A stretch of DNA of 64,000 nt from an uncultured Chloroflexia bacterium (GTDB taxonomy: Bacteria; Chloroflexota; Anaerolineae; CG2-30-64-16). The translations under genes and the position numbers were made by a program. Below are positions 1-10,823 of this stretch, one piece after another (position 1 is the stretch's first letter; every line of letters starts with the position of its first letter). The notes under the pieces were generated by a model. That model did no database searches and was not told where the DNA came from. It saw only the letters and a program-made list of their open reading frames with translations. Location of the stretch: positions 32,001 through 96,000 of the forward strand of contig CAWEMM010000007.1 of NCBI GenBank assembly GCA_963810095.1. The letters run 5' to 3'.

Positions 1-2121
1 TGCCCGCATGAAGTCGCGCCAAATGGGGCCGGCGCCCGTGATGCCGCTGACGTCCTTCATGGGTGTGTTGTCTGCATTGCCCACCCACACGCCCGCCACC
101 AGGTTGGGCGTGTAGCCCATGGTCCAGTTGTCGCGCCAGTCGCTCGTCGTGCCCGTCTTGGCCGCCGCGGGCCGGCCGATGTCGAGGCTGCTGCCTTCGC
201 CGAAGGCGGGCCGCCGCGCCAGGTCGTCGCTGAGAATGTCGGTCAGGAGGAACGCGACCCGTTCGTCGATGACACGCTGGCGTGCAGTCTTGGTGCCGGC
301 CGGGCTTCCTTCGACTGCGCTCCCTGCGGTCGCTCCGCTCAGGATGCCCGGCTCGTCGCCAGACGCACCCTGGGAGGGCAACCGTGGAGCATCCTTAGCG
401 GAGGCCGTCCCGGTGGGACGAGACGCAGTCGAAGCGCGATCCACGGCGCCCGCGTCCGCCTCCGGGTGTCCCACGTCGGCGGCGAGACCCCCATCATGCG
501 TCCATAGCGCCTTGCCATCCAGCGTCTCGATCCGCTCGATGGCATAGGGGGTCACCCGGTAGCCGCCGTTCGCCAGCGCACCATACGCGGCCGCCAGGTC
601 GATGAGGCGGACCTCGCCGCCCCCCAGAGTCAGCGACAGGCCGTATCGCGGCTTCTCGCCGCTGCCCTCGGCCGGCTGGGCGGCCCGCTGCCAGGGAATG
701 CCCAGAGCGCGCGCCAGGTCCACCAGGTTTCCCACCCCCACCGTGTCCAGCGCCCGCACCGCGGGAATGTTGTAGCTGTTTGCCAGTGCGGTGCGCAGTG
801 TGACGGGGCCGTGATAGCGGCGGTCATAGTTGTTGGGCACGTAGGGCGAGCCCTCGGCGGTGGGGAAAGCCGTGCGGATATCGGGGATGATCGTGGCGGG
901 CGTGAAGGGCGGGCGGCCCGCCTTCGCGGCAGCGAGGGGGTCCAGCGCCAGCGCATAGGTCAGCGGCTTGATGGCCGAGCCGGGCTGGCGCTCGGCCAGG
1001 GCCGCGTTGACCGCGCCACTGTGGCCGGCGTCAAAGTAATCCGGGCTGCCCACCATCGTGCGGATCGCACCGCTTGCCGGGTCGATGGCGACGAGCGCGG
1101 CGTTTTCCACTCGCCGGGACGGGTCGGCTTCCGCATCGCAGTTGACGCCGGGCAGCCCGCCTTCGACCACCGCGCAGGGCCGCAGTTGGGCAATGCGGCG
1201 GCTGACCGCGTTTTCCCCGGCTTGCTGCCAATCCAGGTCGAGCGTGGTGACCACCCGCAGCCCGCCTTGCGCAACCCGCTCGGCCGGAACAAGCGTTTCG
1301 AGCAGCCCCTGCACGTACATCACAAAGTGGGGGGCCCTAATGGGAAAGGGCGTGCTGGCGAAGCGCAGATCCTCTTCGCCAGCTTCGGCTGCCAGCTCTG
1401 CGGAGATAGCGCCGTGCTCGACCATGAGGCGCAGGACCGTGGCCTGCCGGTCGCGCGCCGCGTCCAGGTTCTCGACCGGGTTGTACCCTGCCGGCCACTG
1501 GGGCAGCCCGGCCAGCATCGCGCACTGGGCCAGGTCCAACTCGCCCGCGTGCACGCCGAAGTAGGCCTGCGCCGCCGCCTCGACACCTGTCGCATAGTGG
1601 CCGTAGTAGGTGGTGTTGAGGTAAAGCGCCAGCAGCTCATCCTTCGAGTACTTGCGCTCGAGCCGCCACGCCAGCCACGCCTCGCGCAGCTTGCGCGCCA
1701 AGGTGCGCTCCGTGCGCTCTGCCTCGGTCATCAGCAGGTTGCGCGCCAACTGCTGCGTGAGCGTGCTGGCGCCCGAAACTGTCTCCCCTGCCCGCAGGTT
1801 GAGCCACGCGGCGCGGGCGATAGCGATGGGATCAAAGCCCGGGTGGTGGTAGAAGTTGGCGTCCTCGGTCGCAACAGTCGCCGAGCGGCAAGCGGGCGGA
1901 ATGGCGTCGAGGGCCAGCGGGACGTGCTTGTTTCCCTGCGAGTCGATGGCCTCGTAGAGGACTCGACCGGACCCGTCGGTAATGAGAATGCTGGGCCGGG
2001 CCGGCTTCTGCAGCAGCGTATCGGGGTCGGGCAGGCGCGCGTAGAGCAGTGCCCCGGCCGCAGCGAGGACGGCCAGGACTGCGAGCACGATGACCAGCTT
2101 ACGCGTTGGGGGTCGACGCAC
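1..2121 (-). CDS. Class A penicillin-binding protein (transglycosylase + transpeptidase, PBP1A/1C-like), 3' end runs off the window
   Basis: Translated by hand (absent from the ORF track). N-terminal TM anchor; EDANFYHHPG and GASTLTQQLARN glycosyltransferase motifs; RQPGSAIKP (SxxK), SYN and KTGTT. GTG at 2121 follows GGAG. Confidence 0.93.
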   Translation of the reverse strand, partial: MRRPPTRKLVIVLAVLAVLAAAGALLYARLPDPDTLLQKPARPSILITDGSGRVLYEAIDSQGNKHVPLALDAIPPACRSATVATEDANFYHHPGFDPIAIARAAWLNLRAGETVSGASTLTQQLARNLLMTEAERTERTLARKLREAWLAWRLERKYSKDELLALYLNTTYYGHYATGVEAAAQAYFGVHAGELDLAQCAMLAGLPQWPAGYNPVENLDAARDRQATVLRLMVEHGAISAELAAEAGEEDLRFASTPFPIRAPHFVMYVQGLLETLVPAERVAQGGLRVVTTLDLDWQQAGENAVSRRIAQLRPCAVVEGGLPGVNCDAEADPSRRVENAALVAIDPASGAIRTMVGSPDYFDAGHSGAVNAALAERQPGSAIKPLTYALALDPLAAAKAGRPPFTPATIIPDIRTAFPTAEGSPYVPNNYDRRYHGPVTLRTALANSYNIPAVRALDTVGVGNLVDLARALGIPWQRAAQPAEGSGEKPRYGLSLTLGGGEVRLIDLAAAYGALANGGYRVTPYAIERIETLDGKALWTHDGGLAADVGHPEADAGAVDRASTASRPTGTASAKDAPRLPSQGASGDEPGILSGATAGSAVEGSPAGTKTARQRVIDERVAFLLTDILSDDLARRPAFGEGSSLDIGRPAAAKTGTTSDWRDNWTMGYTPNLVAGVWVGNADNTPMKDVSGITGAGPIWRDFMRA
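307..434. repeat. Inverted pair of CATCCT(G/T)AGCGGAG...GCAGTCGAAG elements inside the PBP gene
   Basis: One copy on - at 307-346 and one on + at 390-434. The reading frame stays open across both. Confidence 0.7.
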
Positions 2122-2253
2122 GAGATAGCTCCGCCCTTACTACGCTGAAACACACCCGACGGTTCCCTAGAATCAAGACGCCGCCAGGGGTTCCGGGCGG
2201 CGATCAGGAAGGCCACACGAGGCCGTGTGGCGTGGCACTCGATCAGCGCTGGA

Positions 2254-2493
2254 TCAAGCGCGCCCGACACGCACTTGCCAGACCTCCGGGCCGCGTTCCA
2301 GGTAGTCCCAAGAGAACTGTCCCGTGTACTCCGCCTGGAACTGGTAATAGAGCGGCTTAGGGTCGTGATCGTTCACGAGCACGAAGGTCTCGCCCGGCGC
2401 GAGGTCCTCGAATGCGCCGAAAATCATCGGATGCCGCTGCGCAGGGGCAATCGTTCGCACGTCTACCGTCTTCTCAGCTACAGATGCACACAT
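2254..2493 (-). CDS. DUF2249 domain protein
   Basis: DVRTIAPAQRHPMIF...LVNDHDPKPLYYQF...GPEVW signature; GGAGG RBS. Confidence 0.9.
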   Translation of the reverse strand: MCASVAEKTVDVRTIAPAQRHPMIFGAFEDLAPGETFVLVNDHDPKPLYYQFQAEYTGQFSWDYLERGPEVWQVRVGRA

Positions 2494-2626
2494 TGCATAA
2501 CCTCCAAGTTGTCATTCGCGCCCTTGGAGAGGCAAGGACGCCGGCCGCGTTCTGGTGTCCGATTTCTCACGGCCTGGCGCCACTATACGCGCTTGTCGCC
2601 CTCGTGTCTTTGCGCTGGCGCAACCT

Positions 2627-3946
2627 TCACACTGCGACCCTCAGGTTGGCGAATCTCACCGTCGTAGGGCCCTGATATGCGCCGTAGAACCCGGTCTCGG
2701 CGCTCCAGCGGGCGCTGGCCAGCGCATCGAGATAATTGCCGATCAGCTGCCCGCCCTTGAAGGGAGTGCGCCTGGCTCCTTCAACGATGTATCCGAGCCG
2801 GATTTCGCACGCAAAGTCGCCGGTGATCTCGTCGGGATTGAACCAGGAGAAGGCCGCCACTTCCACGTGCGGCTCGGCCAGCAAGTCCGCGGCCAATTGC
2901 TCGCCCGGCGCCACCTCGATCGCGCCGAACTCGCCCGTCACGGGGACGTCCAAGTACGCGCCGTAGCGCTGGCTCGCGCTGAACGCCTGGAGCACGCTGT
3001 CCTGGATCAGCAGGAGGCGCTGGCCCGGGATTCCCTCGGCATCGAAGCGACTGGCGCCGACCCCGTAGGGCAACTGGCGGTTCGCCCAGATCGTGAGCGG
3101 CTCGCCGCGGGGTGCGCGGTCCAGGTCCGCTGCTTCAGCCTCGGGCAGCACGCTCTTGCCGACCTCCCACGTGCTCGCGCCGCCGAATTTCTGGCCTGCG
3201 GAGGCCAGTGTCTGGATGACGCCCGAATTCATGAACTCGGCCAGGACGGCGTCGCGCAGAACGACCGCACCCTGGTAGTTGGGCGGCGGGGCTGCGTCCA
3301 GCAGATCGCGGGTCCAGGCCGCGCGCCGGGACATTTCTCCGGCGAGGGGCAGATCCTGGAGCCGGCGGCGGGTCATCTCGACGAAGGTTTCTACCTCGCG
3401 ATCGTCCCCGTGCGCCACCAGCACCCATTCGGCGGCGACCGACGTGCCGGTTTGAACCGCGTCGATCCCGCGGCTGTTGCGCAGCCGGATGGTGGTCTCC
3501 TCGGCGAACAGTTCGGCAGCCGTCATGCGCACGCCGGGTTCGGCGCTTGCGGCACCGCGCAGTTGCTCGTAGGCGTCGGCGAGCGCGGCCTCCATGTCCC
3601 TGGCCAGGGCCGGGTCGCCCAGCGGCACGTCTGGGAGCGGCGCCGGGTCGGGCAGGCCGTAGGGGCGATTGTGGACTAGGCCGGCGCGCAGGACGGCTGC
3701 GTCGAGCGCGACGCCGATATCATCGCCGGGCAAGAGCGTGACGTTGCCGGCACCCACGGTCGCCTGTTCCCCCTGGGAGGTGTCGCGGAGCACGTCGACC
3801 ACGAAGCGCGCGTCTTGCGTGCCGCGCACGCACTCCACGCCGTGGGGCACACTGTACAACTGCGCCCCGCGCGTCGTCACCTGCCGCACCGTCCAGCCGA
3901 GCAGGTCGTCGCGGGCCTGAAGGGCAGCAATAATCGCCTCGAACAT
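2627..3946 (-). CDS. TldE/PmbA family protein
   Basis: FDAEG and NPDEITGDF motifs, no HExxxH. ATG overlaps the tldD stop (TGATG); true start is MFEAII at 3946. Confidence 0.85.
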   Translation of the reverse strand: MFEAIIAALQARDDLLGWTVRQVTTRGAQLYSVPHGVECVRGTQDARFVVDVLRDTSQGEQATVGAGNVTLLPGDDIGVALDAAVLRAGLVHNRPYGLPDPAPLPDVPLGDPALARDMEAALADAYEQLRGAASAEPGVRMTAAELFAEETTIRLRNSRGIDAVQTGTSVAAEWVLVAHGDDREVETFVEMTRRRLQDLPLAGEMSRRAAWTRDLLDAAPPPNYQGAVVLRDAVLAEFMNSGVIQTLASAGQKFGGASTWEVGKSVLPEAEAADLDRAPRGEPLTIWANRQLPYGVGASRFDAEGIPGQRLLLIQDSVLQAFSASQRYGAYLDVPVTGEFGAIEVAPGEQLAADLLAEPHVEVAAFSWFNPDEITGDFACEIRLGYIVEGARRTPFKGGQLIGNYLDALASARWSAETGFYGAYQGPTTVRFANLRVAV

Positions 3947-5340
3947 CACCCCAGCCTCGCTTTCATCAACAGGTGCGGACCGCCCGCAGCCACGCTGACA
4001 TACTCCTTGTGTCCCTTGCCGCAGCCGCCTGTGTCCAGCCCCCACTCGTTCCCGACCGCAGACACGCTGGCGAGCACGTCCGGCACGTAGCCGGTGATGC
4101 CGATAGGCGCGTACATCTTCTCGGTGACGCGGCCGTGCTTGATTTCGTGGCCGTAATGGCACGTGACCTGGATGCCCCACCCCTGCGGGTCTTCCATGCC
4201 CGACGACCACATTTCGAGATAGATGCCGTCCTCCACCTGCCCAATGATATCCTGAACGCTCGCTGTCCCCTTGGCGTGCGCCGTGTTGGTCATGCGGGCG
4301 TAGGCCTTGCGTGTGTAGTCCTGCCGGCGCCCGTTGGCCGAGCGGGGGATGCCTAACATCGTGGCGGAGTAGAGGTCGGTGATGCCGCGGCGGAAGACGC
4401 CGTTTTCGACGATCTGCGTCGGCCCGGCGAGCATGCCTTCATCGTCGAAGAAGTACGAGCCGAAGCCGCCCGGATAGGACGGGTCGTCCCAGATGTCGAC
4501 GAGGGGCGAACCGACGACCTTGTCGACGTACTGCGCCGCTTTTGCGCGCTCTTTGAGGAACATGTCCGTTTCCACGCCATGGCCGAACGACTCATGAACG
4601 AGCGTGCCCGTGACCCACGGCGACGAGACGACGGTATACTCGCCCGGCTCGATGCGTTCCGCGGTGAGCAACTCGACCGCAGTGCTCACGCAGCGCTCCA
4701 ACGCTTCGTCGCCGATCTCGAGCAGCTCCCAGCCGCCGGTGCCGCCGTGAAGCTGAAAGTTGTAGCGCACCCCCGCCTCGCCGCCGACGACGACCAGCAG
4801 GGACATGCGGGTGCGCTGGACCCGCTGCGCCAGGTCGGCGCTGCGGTTGGCAAAGACCGAGAGTTCGGTTGCCTCGCCGTAGTTGACGGCCGCGTTGACG
4901 ATCCTGGGATCGAGGCCGGCCAACCGGCGCTGGATGGCCCGGCAGCGGTCCAGCTTTTCCTGCGTCGACAAGGACGCCGGCGGCACCTTCATCTCGGTCA
5001 CGAAGTCGCCCCGGCGCTCGGGGCCCGGATCGATGGCCGGGCCCGGCTTCGTCGACAGGCGCCTGCTCAGCGCACGGCCCTCGCGTTCGACCGCGGCCGC
5101 GTCGAAGCCGCCGATGGCTGCCTCGTGTAAGGTTGTCCCGTCAAACAGGGTCAGCACCGTGCCCGCGGTGCGTGGCTGTTCCTCCACCCGCTCTTCGCGG
5201 CTGTCGACCCGGATGCCGAGGCCGCTGCGCTGGCTGAGGAGCGCGGCCGCGTACGGGGCCGTGCCCTCCAGCCCGGCGACGATCGCACCCAGTTGTGGCC
5301 GCAGGCGTTCCATCCCTGGCGCTAGCTCGAGTTCCGTCAC
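3946..5340 (-). CDS. tldD: TldD family metalloprotease
   Basis: HESFGH zinc motif, FDDEG, NGRRQ..RMTNT, CGK and GGPH. Confidence 0.93.
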   Translation of the reverse strand: MTELELAPGMERLRPQLGAIVAGLEGTAPYAAALLSQRSGLGIRVDSREERVEEQPRTAGTVLTLFDGTTLHEAAIGGFDAAAVEREGRALSRRLSTKPGPAIDPGPERRGDFVTEMKVPPASLSTQEKLDRCRAIQRRLAGLDPRIVNAAVNYGEATELSVFANRSADLAQRVQRTRMSLLVVVGGEAGVRYNFQLHGGTGGWELLEIGDEALERCVSTAVELLTAERIEPGEYTVVSSPWVTGTLVHESFGHGVETDMFLKERAKAAQYVDKVVGSPLVDIWDDPSYPGGFGSYFFDDEGMLAGPTQIVENGVFRRGITDLYSATMLGIPRSANGRRQDYTRKAYARMTNTAHAKGTASVQDIIGQVEDGIYLEMWSSGMEDPQGWGIQVTCHYGHEIKHGRVTEKMYAPIGITGYVPDVLASVSAVGNEWGLDTGGCGKGHKEYVSVAAGGPHLLMKARLG

Positions 5341-5451
5341 CCTAACCTCCTCTCAGTACGAAGACGCAGTAGTGGAAGCATTGTAGCACGAGTGAGCCGC
5401 GGGTGGTGAGCCGGGTTGTGCCGAGGGAGAGAGAACGGGGCCTGGCATGGA

Positions 5452-5484
5452 GGAGCCGCGGCATTCGTGTGTTGCCGCGGCTCC
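5452..5484 (-). terminator. GC-rich hairpin downstream of the cupredoxin gene
   Basis: GGAGCCGCGGCA / TGCCGCGGCTCC 12-bp stem; no clear U-tract. Confidence 0.45.
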
Positions 5485-5492
5485 CGGGAGCG

Positions 5493-6623
5493 TTACTTTA
5501 CCGTCGCGCTCGAGATCATGCCCAGCATGTAGTGCGGCTTGCCGCCGTTCTTCGGGCTGGGGATGAAGCAGACGATCGCATAGTCGCCCGGCGTCAGGTC
5601 CGCAGTCGTGTAGGCGGAAGCCCCGGGCGAGAGAACCATGCCAAACACGGGCGTCGCGGGAATGTTCTGCTGCTCTTGCCCGTTCGACTGCATCAGAAGC
5701 TTCTGGAACTGCTCGAACGTGGTGCCCGGCTTCAATTGCACCACCTGCGCCTCGTGCATCTCCGTGCCGCTGTTGCTCAGCAGGAGCGTCTGGCTGCCCG
5801 ACTTAAGCGTTCCGGTCATCTCGAAGTGATAGTCGACCATGTTGATCGTCACGTCAGGCTTCGGCAGTTGCACCGAGCTCGCCGCCGGCGCGGTGCCACT
5901 CACCGTGATCATCTTCAGCATGCCCTTCGCCGCATCGGGCCCGCCCTGGGGGTTGTCGCCGAACGAGAGCATCACGTAGTTGCCCGGCGTCAGGTTCACG
6001 ATGTAGGAAGACTTCGCGCCCGCCGCCGCGGTCGTGCTGCCCATGGACTGGGCCCAGTCGGGCGGGCCGTTCGCCGCCAGCGCCTGCGTCACGTCTTCGA
6101 GCGTCTTGCCCGCCGCGACCTTGTACAGCATGATGTCATGCTTCTCTTTGCCCTGGTTGTCCAGGGTCAACCGCGTCCAGCCGGCCGGCAACTGGTCGGG
6201 ACCGCTGTAGCTGTACTCGACCGCGGTGTAGGTGGCGTTCGACAGGCCGTCCGAGCCGATTGTTGCGGCATTGGCGCCCGCACCCGAAGCATCCGGCGAG
6301 GTCGTCCCGCTCGCGGACGGCGTCGAGTTGCTGCCGCTTGTCGTCGTCGTTGCGCCGGATGCAGGCCCAGCGGATGTCGCGGCGGGCTGTGCGGCGGTGG
6401 CATCGAGCGCCAGGGTGGCGGTCGCGACGGGCGAACTCCCAACGCCGGACGCGACAGTCGACGTCGCCCCGGCGGTCGCCGAGGCTGCGGTGCTACCTGG
6501 CGACACGCCAGGCGTCGATGCGCTCGGCGCGGCGGCGCCATTGGCAGCGCAGGCGCTGAGCGCCAACGCGAGGACAAGCAGGAGCGCGCCCGCGATGAGC
6601 GGGCGGCGATATGACTGGTGCAT
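5493..6623 (-). CDS. Lipoprotein with a Ser/Thr/Ala linker and two cupredoxin-like domains
   Basis: Lipobox LSAC. C-terminal domain has H...PGDYAIVCFIP...PHYMLGM type-1 Cu ligands. Confidence 0.8.
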   Translation of the reverse strand: MHQSYRRPLIAGALLLVLALALSACAANGAAAPSASTPGVSPGSTAASATAGATSTVASGVGSSPVATATLALDATAAQPAATSAGPASGATTTTSGSNSTPSASGTTSPDASGAGANAATIGSDGLSNATYTAVEYSYSGPDQLPAGWTRLTLDNQGKEKHDIMLYKVAAGKTLEDVTQALAANGPPDWAQSMGSTTAAAGAKSSYIVNLTPGNYVMLSFGDNPQGGPDAAKGMLKMITVSGTAPAASSVQLPKPDVTINMVDYHFEMTGTLKSGSQTLLLSNSGTEMHEAQVVQLKPGTTFEQFQKLLMQSNGQEQQNIPATPVFGMVLSPGASAYTTADLTPGDYAIVCFIPSPKNGGKPHYMLGMISSATVK

Positions 6624-6833
6624 TCCCTTCTCTCCTTTTGATTCAGATTAGCCCGAGGACCAAAAGTGGAGCCGGTTCCGGACGCCCGAGTTTAGTCCGC
6701 GATGATGCAGAGCCATAGTGTTGACATTACAATTTGACTATTTGCGCCATGACCTCCTCGAGGTTGGGCCGGTCGACAAGCCCTCGTGTTGCGAGGGCTT
6801 GTCGTTTTCTGCGCCCGGCTGCCGGCCAGACTC

Positions 6834-8699
6834 CTACTTCTCCGCTTCGTCCCCCTCCCACAGCCTCCGCAACTCGGCGCTGGTCTGCAGGAGCTCGTCC
6901 AGCGTCCCCTGCGCCTCGATGTGGCCGTCTTGCAGGACGATGACGTGGTCGGCCCGCCGCAGCGCGGCCCGGCGGTGCGAGACGGCCAGCACCGTCGCGC
7001 CGCCGGCCTCATTCGCCAGCCGGTTCCAAAGCGCCTGCTCGGTTTCTACGTCGAGCGCGCTAGAGAGATCGTCGAAAACCAGCAGGGCCGGCCTGCGGAC
7101 GAACATGCGCGCGGCCGCCGAGCGCTGCACCTGCCCGCCCGACAGGCGGACGCCGCGCGGGCCGACGAGCGTGTCCAGCCCCTTTTCGAGCTGGGCCACG
7201 TCCGGCTCCAGCACCGCCTGGCGGACCGCGGCCGCCAGCGCATCTGGTCCCGCGTGGGCGCCTTGCATGATGTTCTCGGCCAGCGTGTCGCTGAAAAGGC
7301 GGGGCGTCTGGGGTGTATACGCGCTGACGGGCGGGCGGAAGAACCCGGCCCGGTCCACGATGCGTTCTCCGTTCCAGCACACCTCGCCCGACTGGCTCGG
7401 GAGCAGGCCGAAGATCGCGCGCAGCAGCGTGCTCTTGCCCGAACCGATCTGTCCCGTGACGACCGTGAAGCTCCCGGCCGCCATCGTGAAGCTGGCGCCG
7501 GCGATCCCCCGACCTGAGTCGCCGTGGAGCGAGGTCAGCTCGCGCACGCTCAGCTCGGCAAGCGCTTCGGCCGGCTTTGCTCTCCCTGCGGGCTCCAGGG
7601 CAACAGCTGCTGCCCGGGCCTCCAGCGCCCGCGCAAACAGCCACCCCGAGCGCTCCTGGTAGGGGAAGGCGGGGTGGTGCTCGACGATCGCGGCCGCCGG
7701 TTCACCTGGGACGAGTTCCGCGAGGCGCCCGATCGCCACTTCCTGCTGCTTGTAGTCGCCCACGAAGCTCCCGAGGTACGACGGAAGCTCGGACGTGAAC
7801 CAGAGGAAGTAGGTGAAGAGCGCGAAGTCGCCGACCGTGAAGCTGCCCGTGACCATGCCCCGGCTCGCCATCAGCAGCATGGCGCCGGTGCTAACGACTA
7901 CGGCGATGCTGTGGATCGAGTAGACGAACGTCCCCAGCATCTGCGATTGCACGGCGGTGCGCTGACGCTCGTCGTTAAGCCGTTCGAAGTGGCGCACCGC
8001 ATGTCGCTCCGCCGCGCTGCCCGCCACCTTGAGCGCCTGGACCGCGCCGAACATCTCCGACAGGAAGCCGGTGACCCGGTCGCCCGCCTCGCCTTCGAGC
8101 TTGTGATACAGCAGCATCCGGCTCCAGGCCGCCCGGCCCACCGCGTACGCGACCACGACGGGCAGGAACGCGACGAGCGTAATCTGCCAGTTGATCGTCG
8201 CCATGATCGTGATCGCAGCGACAAAAGAGACCAGGTTGCCGGCAACGTCCGGCAGCCAGGTCGGGAAGTCGCAGACTTCGCCGACGTCGTTCCGGTAGCG
8301 GTACACGGCTTCACCCGGTGCGATCGGGTGCGATAGCGCGCCGGGCCGCCGCAGCAGCGCGGCGAACAGGTTGCGCCGCACCAGCGCGCCCGCCGTTTCG
8401 CGGAAAGTCCAGCCTGCGTACGTTTCCCAGTAGGAGGAAACGACCCGTGCGAGCCCGATGCCGATGTAGGCGGCGATCAACGCCCACAGGCTGACGGTGA
8501 CCTGAGCCTGGCCCGTGATCGTGTCAAACACCGCCTTTTCCACCAGGCCCGGCAGCACGCGCGAGCCGAGGAAGAAGATCTGCAGAACGGCGTGGATGGC
8601 GAACGGCCGGGACGCATAGGCGATCAGCGCCCGGTTGAAGGCCATCACGCTCATAGTCCTGCCGGCCGGCGTCGAAACAGGCGCTGTCACATCGTTCAT
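6834..8699 (-). CDS. ABC exporter, fused permease/ATP-binding subunit
   Basis: TM domain plus Walker [14 protein letters not shown], degenerate Walker B LVFDD and SHR. Confidence 0.93.
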   Translation of the reverse strand: MNDVTAPVSTPAGRTMSVMAFNRALIAYASRPFAIHAVLQIFFLGSRVLPGLVEKAVFDTITGQAQVTVSLWALIAAYIGIGLARVVSSYWETYAGWTFRETAGALVRRNLFAALLRRPGALSHPIAPGEAVYRYRNDVGEVCDFPTWLPDVAGNLVSFVAAITIMATINWQITLVAFLPVVVAYAVGRAAWSRMLLYHKLEGEAGDRVTGFLSEMFGAVQALKVAGSAAERHAVRHFERLNDERQRTAVQSQMLGTFVYSIHSIAVVVSTGAMLLMASRGMVTGSFTVGDFALFTYFLWFTSELPSYLGSFVGDYKQQEVAIGRLAELVPGEPAAAIVEHHPAFPYQERSGWLFARALEARAAAVALEPAGRAKPAEALAELSVRELTSLHGDSGRGIAGASFTMAAGSFTVVTGQIGSGKSTLLRAIFGLLPSQSGEVCWNGERIVDRAGFFRPPVSAYTPQTPRLFSDTLAENIMQGAHAGPDALAAAVRQAVLEPDVAQLEKGLDTLVGPRGVRLSGGQVQRSAAARMFVRRPALLVFDDLSSALDVETEQALWNRLANEAGGATVLAVSHRRAALRRADHVIVLQDGHIEAQGTLDELLQTSAELRRLWEGDEAEK

Positions 8700-10502
8700 T
8701 GCAGCGCCTCCTCGAGGCCAGTGCGCAGCAGCGCGCTGAACCGCGAGCCCGGATCTGCGGCCAGCTCCGCACGCGGCCCGAATTCCACTACCCGGCCGCG
8801 CTCCAGGATCAGGATGTCGTCGGCCCGGTCGACCGTGTGCAGGCGGTGCGCGATGACGAGCGCGGTCCGCCGCGCCCCGTTGTTGCCCAGCAGTCGATCG
8901 ATGGCGCCGTCGAGCCGGCGCTCGGTGATCGGGTCAAGTCGGGACGCGGCCTCATCCAGCACCACCAGTCCCGGGTTACGCAGGAGGATACGCGCGAAGG
9001 CCAGCAGCTGAGCTTCGCCCGCCGACATTCCCGCGCCGCCCGGCGCGAGGCGGGTTGCCAGTCCATCCGGCATTGCCCGCACCCAGTCGAGGATGCCCAG
9101 GCTGGCCAGGGCCGCTTCGATGTCGGCGTCGGCAACCTCGTCGTCGAACAGCGTGATGTTGTCGCGCACGGTCGCGCCGAAAAGCTGCACGTCCTGCGTC
9201 ACCAGCCCCACCGCAGACCGGAGCGCGTCGAAGGACAGGTCGCGCAGGTCGATCCCGTCGAGCCGGATCGCGCCCGAGGCCGGGTCGTAGAGCCGGAACA
9301 GCAGCCGGGTGAGCGTGGTCTTGCCGCTGCCCGTCCGGCCTAGGATGCCCAACACCCGGCCCGGCGCCAGCGGGAAGGAGACGTCGGCCAGCACCAACTC
9401 CGCGGTCGCCGCGCCATCTTCAGCGTTGTCGGCATACCGGAAGCTCACGCGTTCGAACTCGAGGCGGAGGGGGCCGCGTCCGACTTCTAGCTTGCCTTCG
9501 TTGGGGACGGCGGGCGCCTGGGCCAGAAGGTCGCCCACGCGGTTGATGCCCGCGCTGGCCTCCTGGAACCGCTCCGCCTGCCCGCGGATTTCCTCCAGCG
9601 GCGACGACAGCATCCCGATGTACGAGACGATCAGGAAGGTTGTGCCGATGCTGACCTGGCCCTGCAGGTACAGCGCCGCGCCGATCGCCAGGCCCAGGCC
9701 ATAGCCGGCGATGAAGAGGAAGTTGGTGAGCGCGCTGCCGAGCGCGCCCGCCATCCAGCCCGCCCGCGCCTTGTGGAACACGGTCAGCGCGAGCTGGGCC
9801 AGCCGGTGCTGTGCATGGGCCTCCGCGCCGATGCCCCGGATGTCCTCCAAGCCGGAGAAACGTTCCTCGAGGAAGCCCGTTTGCGCGGCCCAAGCCACCC
9901 GCGCCACCGTCCACGCCCGCACGCCGATCCGGTTTACAAACGCCAGCGCGGCGACAACCAGCAGGACGTACACGGTGACCGCCGCTCCCGCCCGCGTTCT
10001 CGCGGTAAAGGAAGCCGAGAATGGCGACCACGAGGAGCGCGTTGCCGGCCACCCGCACAACCATCTGCCCGAAGAACTCGGCCATCGTGGTCACGTCGCC
10101 GTCGACCCGCTCGATCAGCTCGCCCGGCGTGTGCGTCTTGTGAAAGGGCATGTCTAGGCGGAGCAAGTGGCCCGCCAGGTCGCCGCGCAGCCGGTTCGTG
10201 GCGTCCCAGCCCAGATTCAGCCCGGCATACGAGCCGCCCAGGTTGACCGCGCGGCCGAGCAGGCCGACCAACAGGAACAGCAGCGCAGCGCCGGTCAGCG
10301 TGCGCATCGATTCGCCAGCGGCCCCCGGGCTGGCGGCTTGGGCCGTGTCGATGAAGATCCTAACGATCTGCGGATTGAGCAGCCGCAGGGCAATGTCGAA
10401 GCCGATCAGCGCGGCGAGCATCACGATGCGCCGGCGATGCGGTGCAAGATAACGGCCGAGCAAGCGGCGTTGAAGCGGCAAGCCGGCGAGTGGAACGTGC
10501 AT
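8696..10502 (-). CDS. ABC exporter, fused permease/ATP-binding subunit (heterodimer partner), frameshift near 9990
   Basis: N-half in ORF 9420-10502 ([13 protein letters not shown]). C-half in ORF 8696-10060 ([21 protein letters not shown]). Stop overlaps the next start. Confidence 0.88.
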
Positions 10503-10533
10503 ACGTCACTCCAGGACTCGTAAAACCAAAGTT

Positions 10534-10569
10534 AAATCAAAAGCCACGGGCAGGACGATCGCCCGTGGC
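10534..10569 (-). terminator. Intrinsic terminator upstream of the ABC exporter start (attenuator)
   Basis: On -: GCCACGGGC-N9-GCCCGTGGC followed by TTTTGATTT, about 30 nt before the start codon. Confidence 0.7.
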
Positions 10570-10679
10570 CGCGGCGCAGAACGAAGAAGCGGCTCAAGCC
10601 GTCACACGGGAGGATTCCCGCGTGTCGCCTTCAGCCGTCCCCGCCCGCGCAGGAACAGACCGCGAATTGGCGCATCCCG

Positions 10680-10742
10680 CTACGGACGCGCAAGGACCTC
10701 CGTGGAGACCTTGCGGGATTCTGTTGGACGAGATGCTGTCAT
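10680..10742 (-). CDS. Putative 20-aa leader peptide MTASRPTESRKVSTEVLARP
   Basis: AGGAG RBS 7 nt before the ATG. It overlaps a hairpin (CGCAAGG...CCTTGCG) and precedes the terminator. Confidence 0.5.
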   Translation of the reverse strand: MTASRPTESRKVSTEVLARP

Positions 10743-10823
10743 TTCTGTTCTCCTGGAGTTCGTATCGTATTTGCACGGCTATTGCCCGTGCAGTCGAAGT
10801 ATAGCGGAAAGAATTGTGAGCCG

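Noticed and set aside
6718-6745. TTGAC direct repeat upstream of the cupredoxin gene as a copper-regulator box
   Set aside because: The match is too short and degenerate to assign without ortholog comparison.
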